A DNA stretch of 33,411 nt from an uncultured Saprospiraceae bacterium (GTDB lineage Bacteria > Bacteroidota > Bacteroidia > Chitinophagales > Saprospiraceae). The stretch covers positions 1 to 33,411 of the forward strand of contig CAZJYF010000001.1 in assembly GCA_964549665.1 (NCBI GenBank), given 5' to 3'. The first letter of the stretch is position 1. Every line of letters starts with the position of its first letter. Below the pieces are notes generated by a model. It ran no database searches, was not told the origin of the DNA, and was given only the letters and a program-made list of their open reading frames with translations. A program made the position numbers and the translations under genes. Below, piece by piece: positions 1-9,017 of this stretch.

Positions 1-85
1 GAGTTATGTTGATATAATGACTGTTTTCAAAGTGAAAAATAAGGGCAAAAGAAGCCGTCCAAATGGTTAAGTTATTCTTTCGTCG

Positions 86-274
86 TTACTTAATCTCCCG
101 ATGAAGGGTTTGCTTCTTTAGAATTGGATTGTATTTCATCAATTCCAAGCGGTTGGGAGTGTTCCTCCTGTTCTTTTGAGTCACATATCTAGAAGTACCC
201 GCCAAACCAGTGGTTTTGTGTTCCGTACATTCTAAAATGATCTGAACACGGCCTCCTTTACTTTTCTTTGCCAT
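86..274 (-). CDS. rpmG: 50S ribosomal protein L33
   Basis: 62-aa [23 protein letters not shown]...[21 protein letters not shown]. It matches the conserved L33 pattern (VILECTEH, RLEL.KYNP.LKK.TLH.EIK) and lies directly downstream of L28, as is usual. Confidence 0.97.
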   Translation of the reverse strand: MAKKSKGGRVQIILECTEHKTTGLAGTSRYVTQKNRRNTPNRLELMKYNPILKKQTLHREIK

Positions 275-309
275 TTTTTAATTTTTTTTGTTCATCTAAT
301 GAACTGCTT

Positions 310-558
310 TTACAATTTTACGCCTATATCTTTACCGGCTTTGATCAGCTTTTTCAAATAAGCATATACCCCCAACTTGTTGATGGTGCGAATTGCTTTA
401 GCCGTTAATTTGAGTGTGATCCACCTGTCTAACTCAGGGATAAAAAAGCGTTTCTTTTGCAAATTGGGCAAAAACCGCCGCTTCGTTTTCCGGTTGGAGT
501 GGGAAACATTATTTCCGGTAATGGGTCGCTTTCCTGTTAATTGACAAACTTTTGACAT
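310..558 (-). CDS. rpmB: 50S ribosomal protein L28
   Basis: 82-aa [41 protein letters not shown]...DRWITLKL. This is the canonical L28 N-terminus (C.LTGK....GNNVSHS..KTKR.F.PNLQ.KRF). Confidence 0.97.
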   Translation of the reverse strand: MSKVCQLTGKRPITGNNVSHSNRKTKRRFLPNLQKKRFFIPELDRWITLKLTAKAIRTINKLGVYAYLKKLIKAGKDIGVKL

Positions 559-589
559 CGTACAAGGTTTTGTTTTTCAGCCTTATAAG

Positions 590-619
590 TATGAAATTTT
601 TAACAATAAAAATTTCATA
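590..619. repeat. Perfect 13-bp inverted repeat (TATGAAATTTTTA-ACAA-TAAAAATTTCATA) between the tRNA-Arg 3' end and the rpmB start
   Basis: Arms 590-602 and 607-619 are exact reverse complements with a 4-nt spacer. The element is AT-rich and sits 25 nt after the tRNA 3' end and 31 nt before the rpmB ATG on the minus strand. Confidence 0.6.
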
Positions 620-644
620 AACTCGCTAAACCGAAACAGTTTCG

Positions 645-718
645 TGACTCCGGCAGGATTCGAACCTGCAATCTCCTGATCCGTAGTCAGGTGCTTTATC
701 CAGTTAAGCCACGGAGCC
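645..718 (-). tRNA. tRNA-Arg (anticodon ACG)
   Basis: The reverse complement folds by hand into a 74-nt cloverleaf. Acceptor stem GGCTCCG/CGGAGTC (one G-U pair); D stem GCTT/AAGC; anticodon stem CCTGA/TCAGG with loop CTACGGA (anticodon ACG); T stem GCAGG/CCTGC with loop TTCGAAT; discriminator A. CCA is not encoded. Confidence 0.95.
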
Positions 719-972
719 TTATTTTTTTTTGTTTCAAGACTGCTTTCTTCCCGTCCTGCAGCCGGGATGCTTTTTCCAATAAAAAAAATTGAATCCTGAA
801 AAAGGAACTAGCAATTCCAAGGTTCCTAATTTTCAATAAAAACAGTCGGTGAAGGACCGGTTTTAATTTTGCGCCCGCAAAGGTAAGGCTTTCGACTTTT
901 AGAGAAAAATTTTTCTGGAAAAATAGTTCAAATAGTTCAAATAAATTTTTATAGAAAGCCAGCTATGTCCAC

Positions 973-2640
973 CTAACGGGGACCTTTTATAAATCGCTTC
1001 GTTATTTTCTCATCAACACCTTGGAGGGAAATAAAATACGTTCCTACCGCCCAATCGGAAACCGATATTTCAATTGTTTGGCTTTCAAAAGGGATTGGAG
1101 CCATTATTTTTTCAAAAATTTTTTGGCCCAACAGGTTGAAAATAGCGATGGAAACAGGACTAAATTCTTGCGTGGAAAAGTCAATTAACAGTAAATCTGA
1201 TGAGGGGTTTGGATAAATCCGGATTATATTCTTTTTCTCCACATATGTTTCACCGAAAACGCCAACAGTTCTTTCTTCTTCACGGGCAATGCAGATAGCA
1301 TGCACCCAAACCATACTTTTGTAGATATCCAACCGCCCTCCGCTTACTGTTATTGGAGCAAGTTCAGCAATGGGCTCCACTCCTTTAATAATAGCATCCT
1401 TTATCAAAAGGGCCGTTTCGGCGGGTTTTTCCAAAGCCATAGTTGCCAAATCGAGGCAGGGCATACTATACAGCAAAGCAACGGCACCGGCAACGTGTGG
1501 GCTTGCCGAAGAAGTGCCACTGAAATCGTTGCGATATTGTGATATTCCAGTTGTAGTGGAAGTAAGATTTCCAGGGGCACCTAAATCAATGGAAACTGCT
1601 CCAAATGCGGCATCCTTCACCTTTTTTTCCTCCGCATCCGTATTGGTAACCGCAATCAAAAAATCGCTTGCGCAACTCGTCGGCATGTCTCCAACTTCAT
1701 CCACATCCCAACTCCCATTGGCAGTAGCCGCAACACTAAGAATCCCTGCTTCCCCCAACAGGTCGTACATCCCCCCCCAAACGGGCTGCTGCCCACAAAA
1801 AACCTTGTTTTGACCTAAGGACGTATTTGTCACTACAACTAAAGCGCCTTTTTCTCCATTTGTGTCTTTGTATCGTTTCCGTTGTTCCAAAACATAATTA
1901 TATGCAGCAACTATTTCACTCGGTGTGTTCACGGTAAAAAACATCATTTTTACACTCCAGTTGATGCCGGCAATGCCCGTATCGTTGTTGCCATTTGCTC
2001 CAATAATCCCCGCCACAGAGGTGCCGTGCTTATCTACGAGATGAACAGGACTGTTGTTCCTGAAATTCCAACCATTGACATCATCTATCAGACCGTTATT
2101 GTCGTTGTCAATTCCATCTCCGGGAATTTCGCCCGGATTTTTCCAAATATTATCTCTCAGGTCTTCGTGATGAATATCGAAGCCCTTGTCCAAAACAGCT
2201 ACCACGATTTCCTCGCCGGTAGCCAATTGGCCCCCCGTCGAGAAATCCCATACTGCAGGGGCTTGAATAAGTTCCAACTCCCACTGATCGCCAAAAAGAG
2301 GATCGTTTGGAAGCGTATCTCTCGGCTGCAATGGATGATTCAGTTGGGCGTATTTCACCCCTTCTTCATTCTGTAATTTATTCAATAATTCCACTTCACC
2401 AATAGCTCCTTCATCAAAACCCAGGAGGTAAATGTTCATTCGCGTGACCACTGCTCTTTTAATTTTCAATCCCCAGCCATCCTGATTTTGAGCTCGAAAA
2501 TTGCGTACGAATCTTCCAACATTGAAGCCTTCATCAAATTGTACGAGAAGCCCATAATCACCGGCAGATTCACGACTTTGAGACCATCCGAAATCAAAAA
2601 GAAGCACAACAAAAAACACAAAAAACACAAATCGCTTCAT
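973..2640 (-). CDS. Secreted subtilisin-family (S8) serine peptidase with T9SS C-terminal sorting domain
   Basis: 555 aa with an N-terminal signal peptide (MKRFVFFVFFVVLLF). Catalytic triad motifs are present: VAVLDKGFD (Asp), HGTSVAGIIGANG (His), SGTSSASPHVAGAVALL (Ser). The C-terminus IRIYPNPSSDLLLIDF...GTYFISL...KRFIK matches the Por_Secre_tail pattern. Confidence 0.93.
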   Translation of the reverse strand: MKRFVFFVFFVVLLFDFGWSQSRESAGDYGLLVQFDEGFNVGRFVRNFRAQNQDGWGLKIKRAVVTRMNIYLLGFDEGAIGEVELLNKLQNEEGVKYAQLNHPLQPRDTLPNDPLFGDQWELELIQAPAVWDFSTGGQLATGEEIVVAVLDKGFDIHHEDLRDNIWKNPGEIPGDGIDNDNNGLIDDVNGWNFRNNSPVHLVDKHGTSVAGIIGANGNNDTGIAGINWSVKMMFFTVNTPSEIVAAYNYVLEQRKRYKDTNGEKGALVVVTNTSLGQNKVFCGQQPVWGGMYDLLGEAGILSVAATANGSWDVDEVGDMPTSCASDFLIAVTNTDAEEKKVKDAAFGAVSIDLGAPGNLTSTTTGISQYRNDFSGTSSASPHVAGAVALLYSMPCLDLATMALEKPAETALLIKDAIIKGVEPIAELAPITVSGGRLDIYKSMVWVHAICIAREEERTVGVFGETYVEKKNIIRIYPNPSSDLLLIDFSTQEFSPVSIAIFNLLGQKIFEKIMAPIPFESQTIEISVSDWAVGTYFISLQGVDEKITKRFIKGPR

Positions 2641-2821
2641 GGCTCATTTTTTTGGGTTTGCATAAAACCCCGATTAGGAGTGCAGCACAAGGCATTATTC
2701 CACGTTGGGCTCTTTTGGAGGATAAATTTTTAAAAAAATATCATCAGGTCAAAAAGAAACTGTCCGTAATATTCGTTGTTGGCAGGAAGTTTACAAAATT
2801 AACCTTAACACCAAAAGATTT

Positions 2822-3676
2822 ATGAAGATTCTTCGAATTCCATTTCTTTTTTTCACATTTTTTTTTCAACTCTCCCATCTTTCGGCACAGGTAGATACGC
2901 TTCCCACTTCGCAATTAAGTACAAAAGGATTAGGTGCAGGTATTAGCCAACAAGAATTGATTGATGAACTTATGCCCTTCATGCCTGGACTTGGAAGCAA
3001 TTCCCGGGAAATGTTGACCGAACAAAGCGTCAAGCCCTACTTAATGCCTCCGCGGAAACTTTTCGGACAGGGTAGTGCTGGAAGCTATGCCCTCGCCACC
3101 TGCCTCGAATTTTATGTCAATTTCGACAAAAATTACAAAGTCAACCTCAGCCCCGACTACATTTCATTGAACCTTGCCAAAAAAGGCACTTCTAGTTTGA
3201 TACGAGCCTTACAATTCCTCTCTGAAAACGGAACGGTAAGCGCCGCCATTATGCCCTATGGGGCTTCCAGCATTCCGGCTGCCGTCTATGCCACCGAAAA
3301 ATATAAAGTTCAGCATTTCCTCCACTTGTTTTACAAAAATTCAAAATCCCGCCAAAAGGTCTTTGAAACTAAAAAAGCATTGATGCGCGGCAATCCCGTA
3401 ATCATCGAAATGAAAATTCCCGCTAATTTTATAAACCTAAAGGATACTAAATATTGGGTGCCACACCATCCGAAAACATTCCTCAGCCATCCTTTTATAG
3501 TAGTTGGATTCGACCAGGATTTGGAGTCTTTTGAAATTTCTAGCTCGTGGGGAAAAGATTGGGGCAAAAGTGGTTATCTGTGGGTAAAATTCGAAGATTT
3601 CGGAAAATATGCGGTGAACGCGTACGTGATGGTTCCAGAATTGAAAAAGGAAGAAAAATTTCTGAGCAAAGAATAA
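2822..3676 (+). CDS. Secreted papain-like (C1 family) peptidase homologue, predicted to be catalytically inactive
   Basis: 284 aa with a signal peptide ending SAQ. QGSAGSYALA aligns to the papain QGSCGSCWAF (Cys25 is Ala86 here). SHPFIVVGFD...ISSSWGKDWGKSGYLWV aligns to NHAV..VGY...NSWG..WG..GY: His223 is kept, and Asn175 is Ser241 here. Confidence 0.8.
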   Translation: MKILRIPFLFFTFFFQLSHLSAQVDTLPTSQLSTKGLGAGISQQELIDELMPFMPGLGSNSREMLTEQSVKPYLMPPRKLFGQGSAGSYALATCLEFYVNFDKNYKVNLSPDYISLNLAKKGTSSLIRALQFLSENGTVSAAIMPYGASSIPAAVYATEKYKVQHFLHLFYKNSKSRQKVFETKKALMRGNPVIIEMKIPANFINLKDTKYWVPHHPKTFLSHPFIVVGFDQDLESFEISSSWGKDWGKSGYLWVKFEDFGKYAVNAYVMVPELKKEEKFLSKE

Positions 3677-4484
3677 GGAATGAGTCCAGTTTGGCTCTAG
3701 TTGTGCTTCTCATATGAGGAAATTGGCTGAATGAAAATTTGCGAAAATGCTCACCCCAGCAATTACGGGCCCCTCCTGTTTTTAGATTTTTTCCGCTTCA
3801 CCCCAAACCCTCGCCTGCCGCTCTCCTGTATGGTTTTTGCGACTCCCAAAAATGGTTTTGCAATATAAATTGCAAATTAATTCACATTTTTATTACATTA
3901 AATTATAATAATTTCTTAAGCGTTAAAATCAAATAATCAAACCGCAACAACTTGCATTGCAATTTTTTACAAAAATTTATTTATAAAATTATAAAAATAA
4001 ACATGTCAAAAAATTTGCAATTTATGCCAAAACCCGTACTTTTGAAGTCAAATAAAATTGGTCGCACAATTTTTGTATTTACTCCCAGTGCGAAGATTTT
4101 TTTCTCGCGTTCTAATCCCATGAATAAATTCTTTTGAGATTGCCCTCTGATCCCGCTCGACTTTTTTGAAGTGCGGAATCGAGGTAATCTGTTTGGACCT
4201 GCAATGCAGCATTGCAGCCCACTCTTTTTTCTGTAAAGAAGAGGCCATTAATTTGGAATCGATTTTATGAAAAATAGATTCCAGTTGTCTCTCTTTTATG
4301 GACGTTTGCGGTTTTGGCAATTAACTGGAAACGCCCTCCTGATAATAAATTACAAAAACTTTCAACAAACAAGGCACTCCCTTTTAGCTAATATTGAGCA
4401 AACCTCCCCTCAATGGAATGGCATTGCCCTATCGTGCAATGCAGTGATTTCCGCAATCCTTTTGACCCGTTTAAAATTTGGACC

Positions 4485-5339
4485 ATGAGCATGAGATTTA
4501 CCTTAATCATTAGCTTTTTAGGGGCATTTCTTCCCTTTACAAGGGCACAATCTTTGGAAGTTGGAGGCTTCATCGGTGTTTCCAACTACTTAGGAGACTT
4601 GCAACAAACCCAATTTGAGATGTCCACAACAAACTTTGCACTTGGTGTTTTTACCAGGGCAAACCTATCCAACTACTTTTCCGTAAAGGTGCATTTTTAC
4701 AAAGGCGAAATCTCCGGTTCGGATGCCAATTTCGAAACCCTTAAGGGCGTGCGCGCCCGGAATTTAAGCTTTCGCTCCACGATATATGAACTCGGTATTC
4801 AAGGGGAATTTAGCTTTCTTTATTTTGGAGACAAAGACAAACGAGTGGCAGCCCCCTATTTATTTGCCGGAATTAGTGCCTTTCATTTTAACCCCCAAGC
4901 CCAATTAAATGGCAAATGGATCGATTTGCAGCCCCTTGGTACGGAAGGACAGGGAGCCCCTGTTTCGGGAAAAGATAAATATAGCCTCCTCCAATTGGCC
5001 ATCCCTCTTGGCGTAGGCTTCAATATCAATTTTTCCGATAAGATGAATATTGGTTTTGAAGTGGGTTTTAGAAAAACTTTTTCCGATTATTTGGATGATG
5101 TAAGTACAACATACCCCGACATTACTTCCCTGGAAGAAGAAAATCCAGTCGCTGCAGCACTTTCTTTTCGCACACCGGAATATGTGGGACATGAATTGCC
5201 AAATCCACAGGGAGAATTTAGGGGGAATCCAAAGACCAAGGATATGTACATATTCGCAGGGATCACTTTTTCAGCCATAATCGCCAAATGGCTGCCACAC
5301 AAAAAGCATGCGGGAAAAGTCGTGTATGCAGGGATATAA
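4485..5339 (+). CDS. DUF6089-like outer-membrane beta-barrel protein
   Basis: I chose the ATG at 4485 (MSMRFTLIISFLGAFLPFTRAQS signal peptide) over the track start at 4413. EVGGFIGVSNYLGDL, PYLFAGISAFHFNP and LQPLGTEGQG resemble the DUF6089 family as I recall it. Alternating hydrophobic beta-strand patterning is visible. Confidence 0.78.
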   Translation: MSMRFTLIISFLGAFLPFTRAQSLEVGGFIGVSNYLGDLQQTQFEMSTTNFALGVFTRANLSNYFSVKVHFYKGEISGSDANFETLKGVRARNLSFRSTIYELGIQGEFSFLYFGDKDKRVAAPYLFAGISAFHFNPQAQLNGKWIDLQPLGTEGQGAPVSGKDKYSLLQLAIPLGVGFNINFSDKMNIGFEVGFRKTFSDYLDDVSTTYPDITSLEEENPVAAALSFRTPEYVGHELPNPQGEFRGNPKTKDMYIFAGITFSAIIAKWLPHKKHAGKVVYAGI

Positions 5340-5791
5340 TGAATTTTAAGCCGAGATCATTGCCTTTATATATAGTGGCAAATATTTCGAACTTCGTCTG
5401 AAAAAAAGATGGACATAGATTGAGACAGCCCATTTTCCCTTCAAAGAAAAAAATCTGTCGAAATCCCTATTTCTATTCCCTCTTTTTCAGACTAGTCCCA
5501 CAGGCAATACTCGTAAGTTGGAACAATTTTTGAAATAATTTAAAAAAGTCTGAATATAGTTTTGATTACAAAAAAAATTATATAACTTTGCTAGCAGAAT
5601 TTTAGAGAGATCAGCCCCATGAATTTTTTTTAGCGTTCCACTTACCCTAAAATATTGCCATTTAAAATGGCTATCCCGTTTTATTTGTGTTTTTATCCCG
5701 TTCCCTGAACATATCCAAAAATGATTTTTATTGGCTATTTAGCTAAGAGCTAACGCAAGATTTTATTGATCACCAATTAAATCCGTATAAT

Positions 5792-6778
5792 TTGAAACCG
5801 ACATTGCTCTTAGCCTTGCTGCTGGTATTTGCATACCAGGGAACCACTCAGGTAATCTTTGTGAAGCAAGGCGCTACAGGAACCGGAACATCGTGGCAAA
5901 ACGCTTTGGGCAGCTTGGACAATGCCCTTCAGCAAGCTACCTTTGGAGACGAAATTAGGGTTGCCAAAGGAACCTATCATCCCACTTCAACGGCAGATAG
6001 AAAGGCTTCCTTTGTCATTCCCGACGGTGTGAAAGTTTACGGCGGGTTTGAGGGTACGGAATTTTCCAGGGAGGAAAGAAATCTTAGCCAAAATCCTACA
6101 ATCTTAAGTGGAGAAATTGGCAAGCCCGGAATTGCGGATAATTCTTTCAATGTCATCCTCACCAAAAACGTATCCGGTTCTACCGTAATTGACGGTTTTA
6201 TTATAAAAGGTGGCAATGCAAGTGGAGAAGGACGAGATGCCAGTCGCGACCGTTCCGGAGGTGCATGGTACAACGACGGATCTGGTGGAGGGATTTCCAA
6301 TCCAGTTATTTCAAATTGTGTTTTCAGGGAAAACTACGGGCGTGATGGCGCTGCCATTTATAACAATGGCCAAGGAGGAGAAAGCAGTCCTACCCTGACA
6401 AATTGCACTTTTAGCAATAATGAGGCAGGCTTGGACGGAGGGGCTATTTACAACAATAGCAGGAACCGCGGCAAAAGCAATCCCGTCTTGGTTAATTGTA
6501 CTTTCGAAAAAAACGTTGGAACATATGGAGGCGCTATCTTCAACGCCATTGATGATGGAGTTTGTAACTTATATCTCGAAAACTGCTCTTTTACTGAAAA
6601 CATGGCCTACCTGCGGGGTGGGGCTGTTTTTAGCATGAATGGAAAAGAAAATTGCTACCTCGAATTTTCCGACTGCCTGTTTGAAGGCAACTACCCCGAC
6701 GACCAAAATAAGATTTTCACAAACAATACGGCACGCAGTAGTGCATATCGAATCGTTAGCAGCAGCCCCAGCCCTTGA
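5792..6778 (+). CDS. Secreted right-handed parallel beta-helix protein with Pmp-type (FxxN / GGAI) repeats
   Basis: 328 aa starting at TTG, with signal peptide MKPTLLLALLLVFAYQGTTQ. Repeated units: CVFRENYGRDGAAIYNN, CTFSNNEAGLDGGAIYNN, CTFEKNVGTYGGAIFNA, CSFTENMAYLRGGAVFS. No T9SS tail is present. Confidence 0.8.
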   Translation: MKPTLLLALLLVFAYQGTTQVIFVKQGATGTGTSWQNALGSLDNALQQATFGDEIRVAKGTYHPTSTADRKASFVIPDGVKVYGGFEGTEFSREERNLSQNPTILSGEIGKPGIADNSFNVILTKNVSGSTVIDGFIIKGGNASGEGRDASRDRSGGAWYNDGSGGGISNPVISNCVFRENYGRDGAAIYNNGQGGESSPTLTNCTFSNNEAGLDGGAIYNNSRNRGKSNPVLVNCTFEKNVGTYGGAIFNAIDDGVCNLYLENCSFTENMAYLRGGAVFSMNGKENCYLEFSDCLFEGNYPDDQNKIFTNNTARSSAYRIVSSSPSP

Positions 6779-6894
6779 TGAAATCGCATTACCATTGAGA
6801 AGATAAAAACACGAAAATATTTTTTTTGAAGCCTAATTTTCTTTCTGTGGCTCACTAGCAATCCAATTTTCTACGAATTTATTATTGAAGGCAT

Positions 6895-6930
6895 AGGTGT
6901 TTGAGATTTTTTTCTCAAACACCTTTTTTT
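6895..6930 (+). terminator. Rho-independent terminator downstream of the beta-helix gene
   Basis: 12-bp perfect stem AGGTGTTTGAGA (6895-6906) / TCTCAAACACCT (6913-6924), a 6-nt loop, then a T6 tract (6925-6930). Confidence 0.75.
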
Positions 6931-7015
6931 ATTGGTACTTTTGGGTGTTAACTTGGCCAATGACTAATAGCGGGCTATTCAAGTTGTTTGATTCTTTGGA
7001 GGAACAAAAACAAAC

Positions 7016-8959
7016 TTGTCGCTCTTTTTAGCGAACTTGCCAAAAGCATCCATTGTGAGTGAATCCCCTTTAAATATTCTTCAAACCCATTGGGGACATA
7101 CGTCCTTCCGTAGCCCACAAGAACAAATCATCCAATCCATTTTAGATGGAAACGATACGCTGGCCTTATTGCCCACTGGGGGTGGAAAATCCATTTGTTA
7201 TCAGATTCCTGCGCTTTGCAAAGATGGCATTTGCCTGGTCATCTCTCCACTGATTGCTTTGATGAAGGACCAGGTTTACCATTTGCAAAAGCAAAATATT
7301 CCAGCGTCCGCCATTTATTCCGGCATTCATTACAAAGAAATTGACCGGATTTTTGACAACTGCATCTATGGCAATATCAAACTTCTTTATTTATCTCCTG
7401 AAAGGCTTACGACAGAGCTAGCAAGAACTAGGATTCAAAAAATGAACGTCAGTTTATTGGCTGTCGATGAAGCGCACTGCGTTTCTCAATGGGGTTATGA
7501 TTTTCGCCCCCCCTATCTCCAAATTGCTGAAATCAGAGAATTCCTGCCCCAAACCCCTATTTTGGCGCTTACCGCCACGGCCACCAAAAAAGTCATTTCG
7601 GATATTCAGGAAAAATTGGAGTTTAAAAACGGAGCAGTTTTCAAAAAAAGTTTTGCCCGCGAAAACCTCGCCTACGTGGTACTCAAGGATGAAAACAAAC
7701 TGAAAAAACTGCTGGATATTTTTACCAATGTGCGGGGGTCAGGAATCGTTTACGTCAAAAACAGACGCCTGGCCAAAGAGCTTGCTCTGTTTTTGAAACG
7801 CAACCGCATCTCGGCAGACTTCTATCATGCAGGGCTGAATTCTGAACTCCGGTCGGCTAAACAAGATGCCTGGATGCAGAACAAAACCCGCATCCTGGTC
7901 AGTACGAATGCGTTCGGTATGGGCATCGACAAATCTGATGTACGTGCAGTCGTCCATTTTGATTTGCCCGAAAGTTTGGAAGCGTATTTTCAGGAAGCCG
8001 GCCGGGCGGGACGAGATGAAAAAAAATCTTACGCCATTTTGCTGTATGGTCCAGAAGACAAAGCCTCTTTGCTGAAAAAATACAAAAGCTCCTTTCCCGG
8101 CATGAAGGAAATTCGAAAAACCTACCAAGCTTTGGGTAGCTATTTCCAATTGGCTACCGGTGGTGGGGAAGGGATTAGTTATGATTTTGACATCATTGAA
8201 TTTTGCAAAAATTTTAAATTAGCCTTCTACCCCACTTTTAGTTGCCTGAAAATCCTGGAGAAAGCCGGTTGGATAGTTTTGACCGATTCCGTTTTTATTC
8301 CCTCCCGTTTGAAAATACAGGTCACGAGGGAAGATTTGTACGATTTCCAATTGAAAAATCCAAAACTGGATTTAATCATTAAAACCATTTTGCGGTTGAC
8401 GCATGGAGCGTTTAATAATTATGTCAACTTCCGGGAGAGACAGGTAGCAAAATTCTTAAAAATTTCAGTTGGTGAATTAACCAAGGCCTTAGTCCATTTG
8501 AAAAAAGAAGGCATCCTGGATTATTGCCCTCAAAAAGATAAACCACAGATAATTTTTATTAAAGATAGAGTGCCAGCAGATAATCTGACCATTGACCGGA
8601 AAATGTACAAATTCAGAAAAGACAGGTACGCAGAACGCCTCCAAAAAGCCATCGCCTATGCGGAAAATCCTATCTGCCGCAGCCAGCAATTGCTGCGATA
8701 TTTTGACGAAAAAAATGCAAAAGCCTGCGGCATTTGCGACCTTTGCCTCAAGCGGGCTAAGGAAGGGCTTTCAGCCGAAAATTACGAACGTTTCAAAAAG
8801 AAAATCCACCTTATTTTGAAAAGAGAAAAACTCACCGAAGAACAAGTCCTGGATTCTTTCTCACCCCGCAGAAAAAAGCAGGTAACTCTTGCCATTGAAT
8901 TTCTGCTGGATGAAGGATGGTTAGAAAAAAAAGAAGACCACCTGTATTGGGTGGAATAA
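7016..8959 (+). CDS. recQ: RecQ-family ATP-dependent DNA helicase
   Basis: 647 aa. Motifs: FRSPQEQIIQSIL (motif 0), LALLPTGGGKS (Walker A), LLAVDEAHCVSQWGYDFRPPY (DEAH), LALTATAT, VSTNAFGMGIDK, QEAGRAGRD, and a C-terminal Cys cluster (CRSQ...CGICDLC). The start is uncertain: TTG 7016 or GTG 7055. Confidence 0.93.
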   Translation: MSLFLANLPKASIVSESPLNILQTHWGHTSFRSPQEQIIQSILDGNDTLALLPTGGGKSICYQIPALCKDGICLVISPLIALMKDQVYHLQKQNIPASAIYSGIHYKEIDRIFDNCIYGNIKLLYLSPERLTTELARTRIQKMNVSLLAVDEAHCVSQWGYDFRPPYLQIAEIREFLPQTPILALTATATKKVISDIQEKLEFKNGAVFKKSFARENLAYVVLKDENKLKKLLDIFTNVRGSGIVYVKNRRLAKELALFLKRNRISADFYHAGLNSELRSAKQDAWMQNKTRILVSTNAFGMGIDKSDVRAVVHFDLPESLEAYFQEAGRAGRDEKKSYAILLYGPEDKASLLKKYKSSFPGMKEIRKTYQALGSYFQLATGGGEGISYDFDIIEFCKNFKLAFYPTFSCLKILEKAGWIVLTDSVFIPSRLKIQVTREDLYDFQLKNPKLDLIIKTILRLTHGAFNNYVNFRERQVAKFLKISVGELTKALVHLKKEGILDYCPQKDKPQIIFIKDRVPADNLTIDRKMYKFRKDRYAERLQKAIAYAENPICRSQQLLRYFDEKNAKACGICDLCLKRAKEGLSAENYERFKKKIHLILKREKLTEEQVLDSFSPRRKKQVTLAIEFLLDEGWLEKKEDHLYWVE

Positions 8960-9017
8960 ATGGACTCCTTCGATTTATCCTAATAATTGAAAAACACCAA
9001 ATGACCATTTACTTTAA

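Noticed and set aside
2-70. Open plus-strand frame entering from the 5' window edge (..SYVDIMTVFKVKNKGKRSRPNG stop)
   Set aside because: Only 22 codons are visible and nothing is recognisable. I looked for the small DUF4295 gene that often follows rpmG on the minus strand and found no matching frame.
1300-2376. Plus-strand ORFs (80, 147 and 164 aa) overlapping the S8 protease gene
   Set aside because: They are antisense shadows of a gene with a complete Asp/His/Ser triad. They have no motifs of their own.
4413-4484. Upstream extension of the DUF6089-like ORF (track start 4413)
   Set aside because: The extra 24 residues (MEWHCPIVQCSDF...) precede a clean signal peptide that starts at ATG 4485, and they overlap the GCATTGC/GCAATGC dyad.
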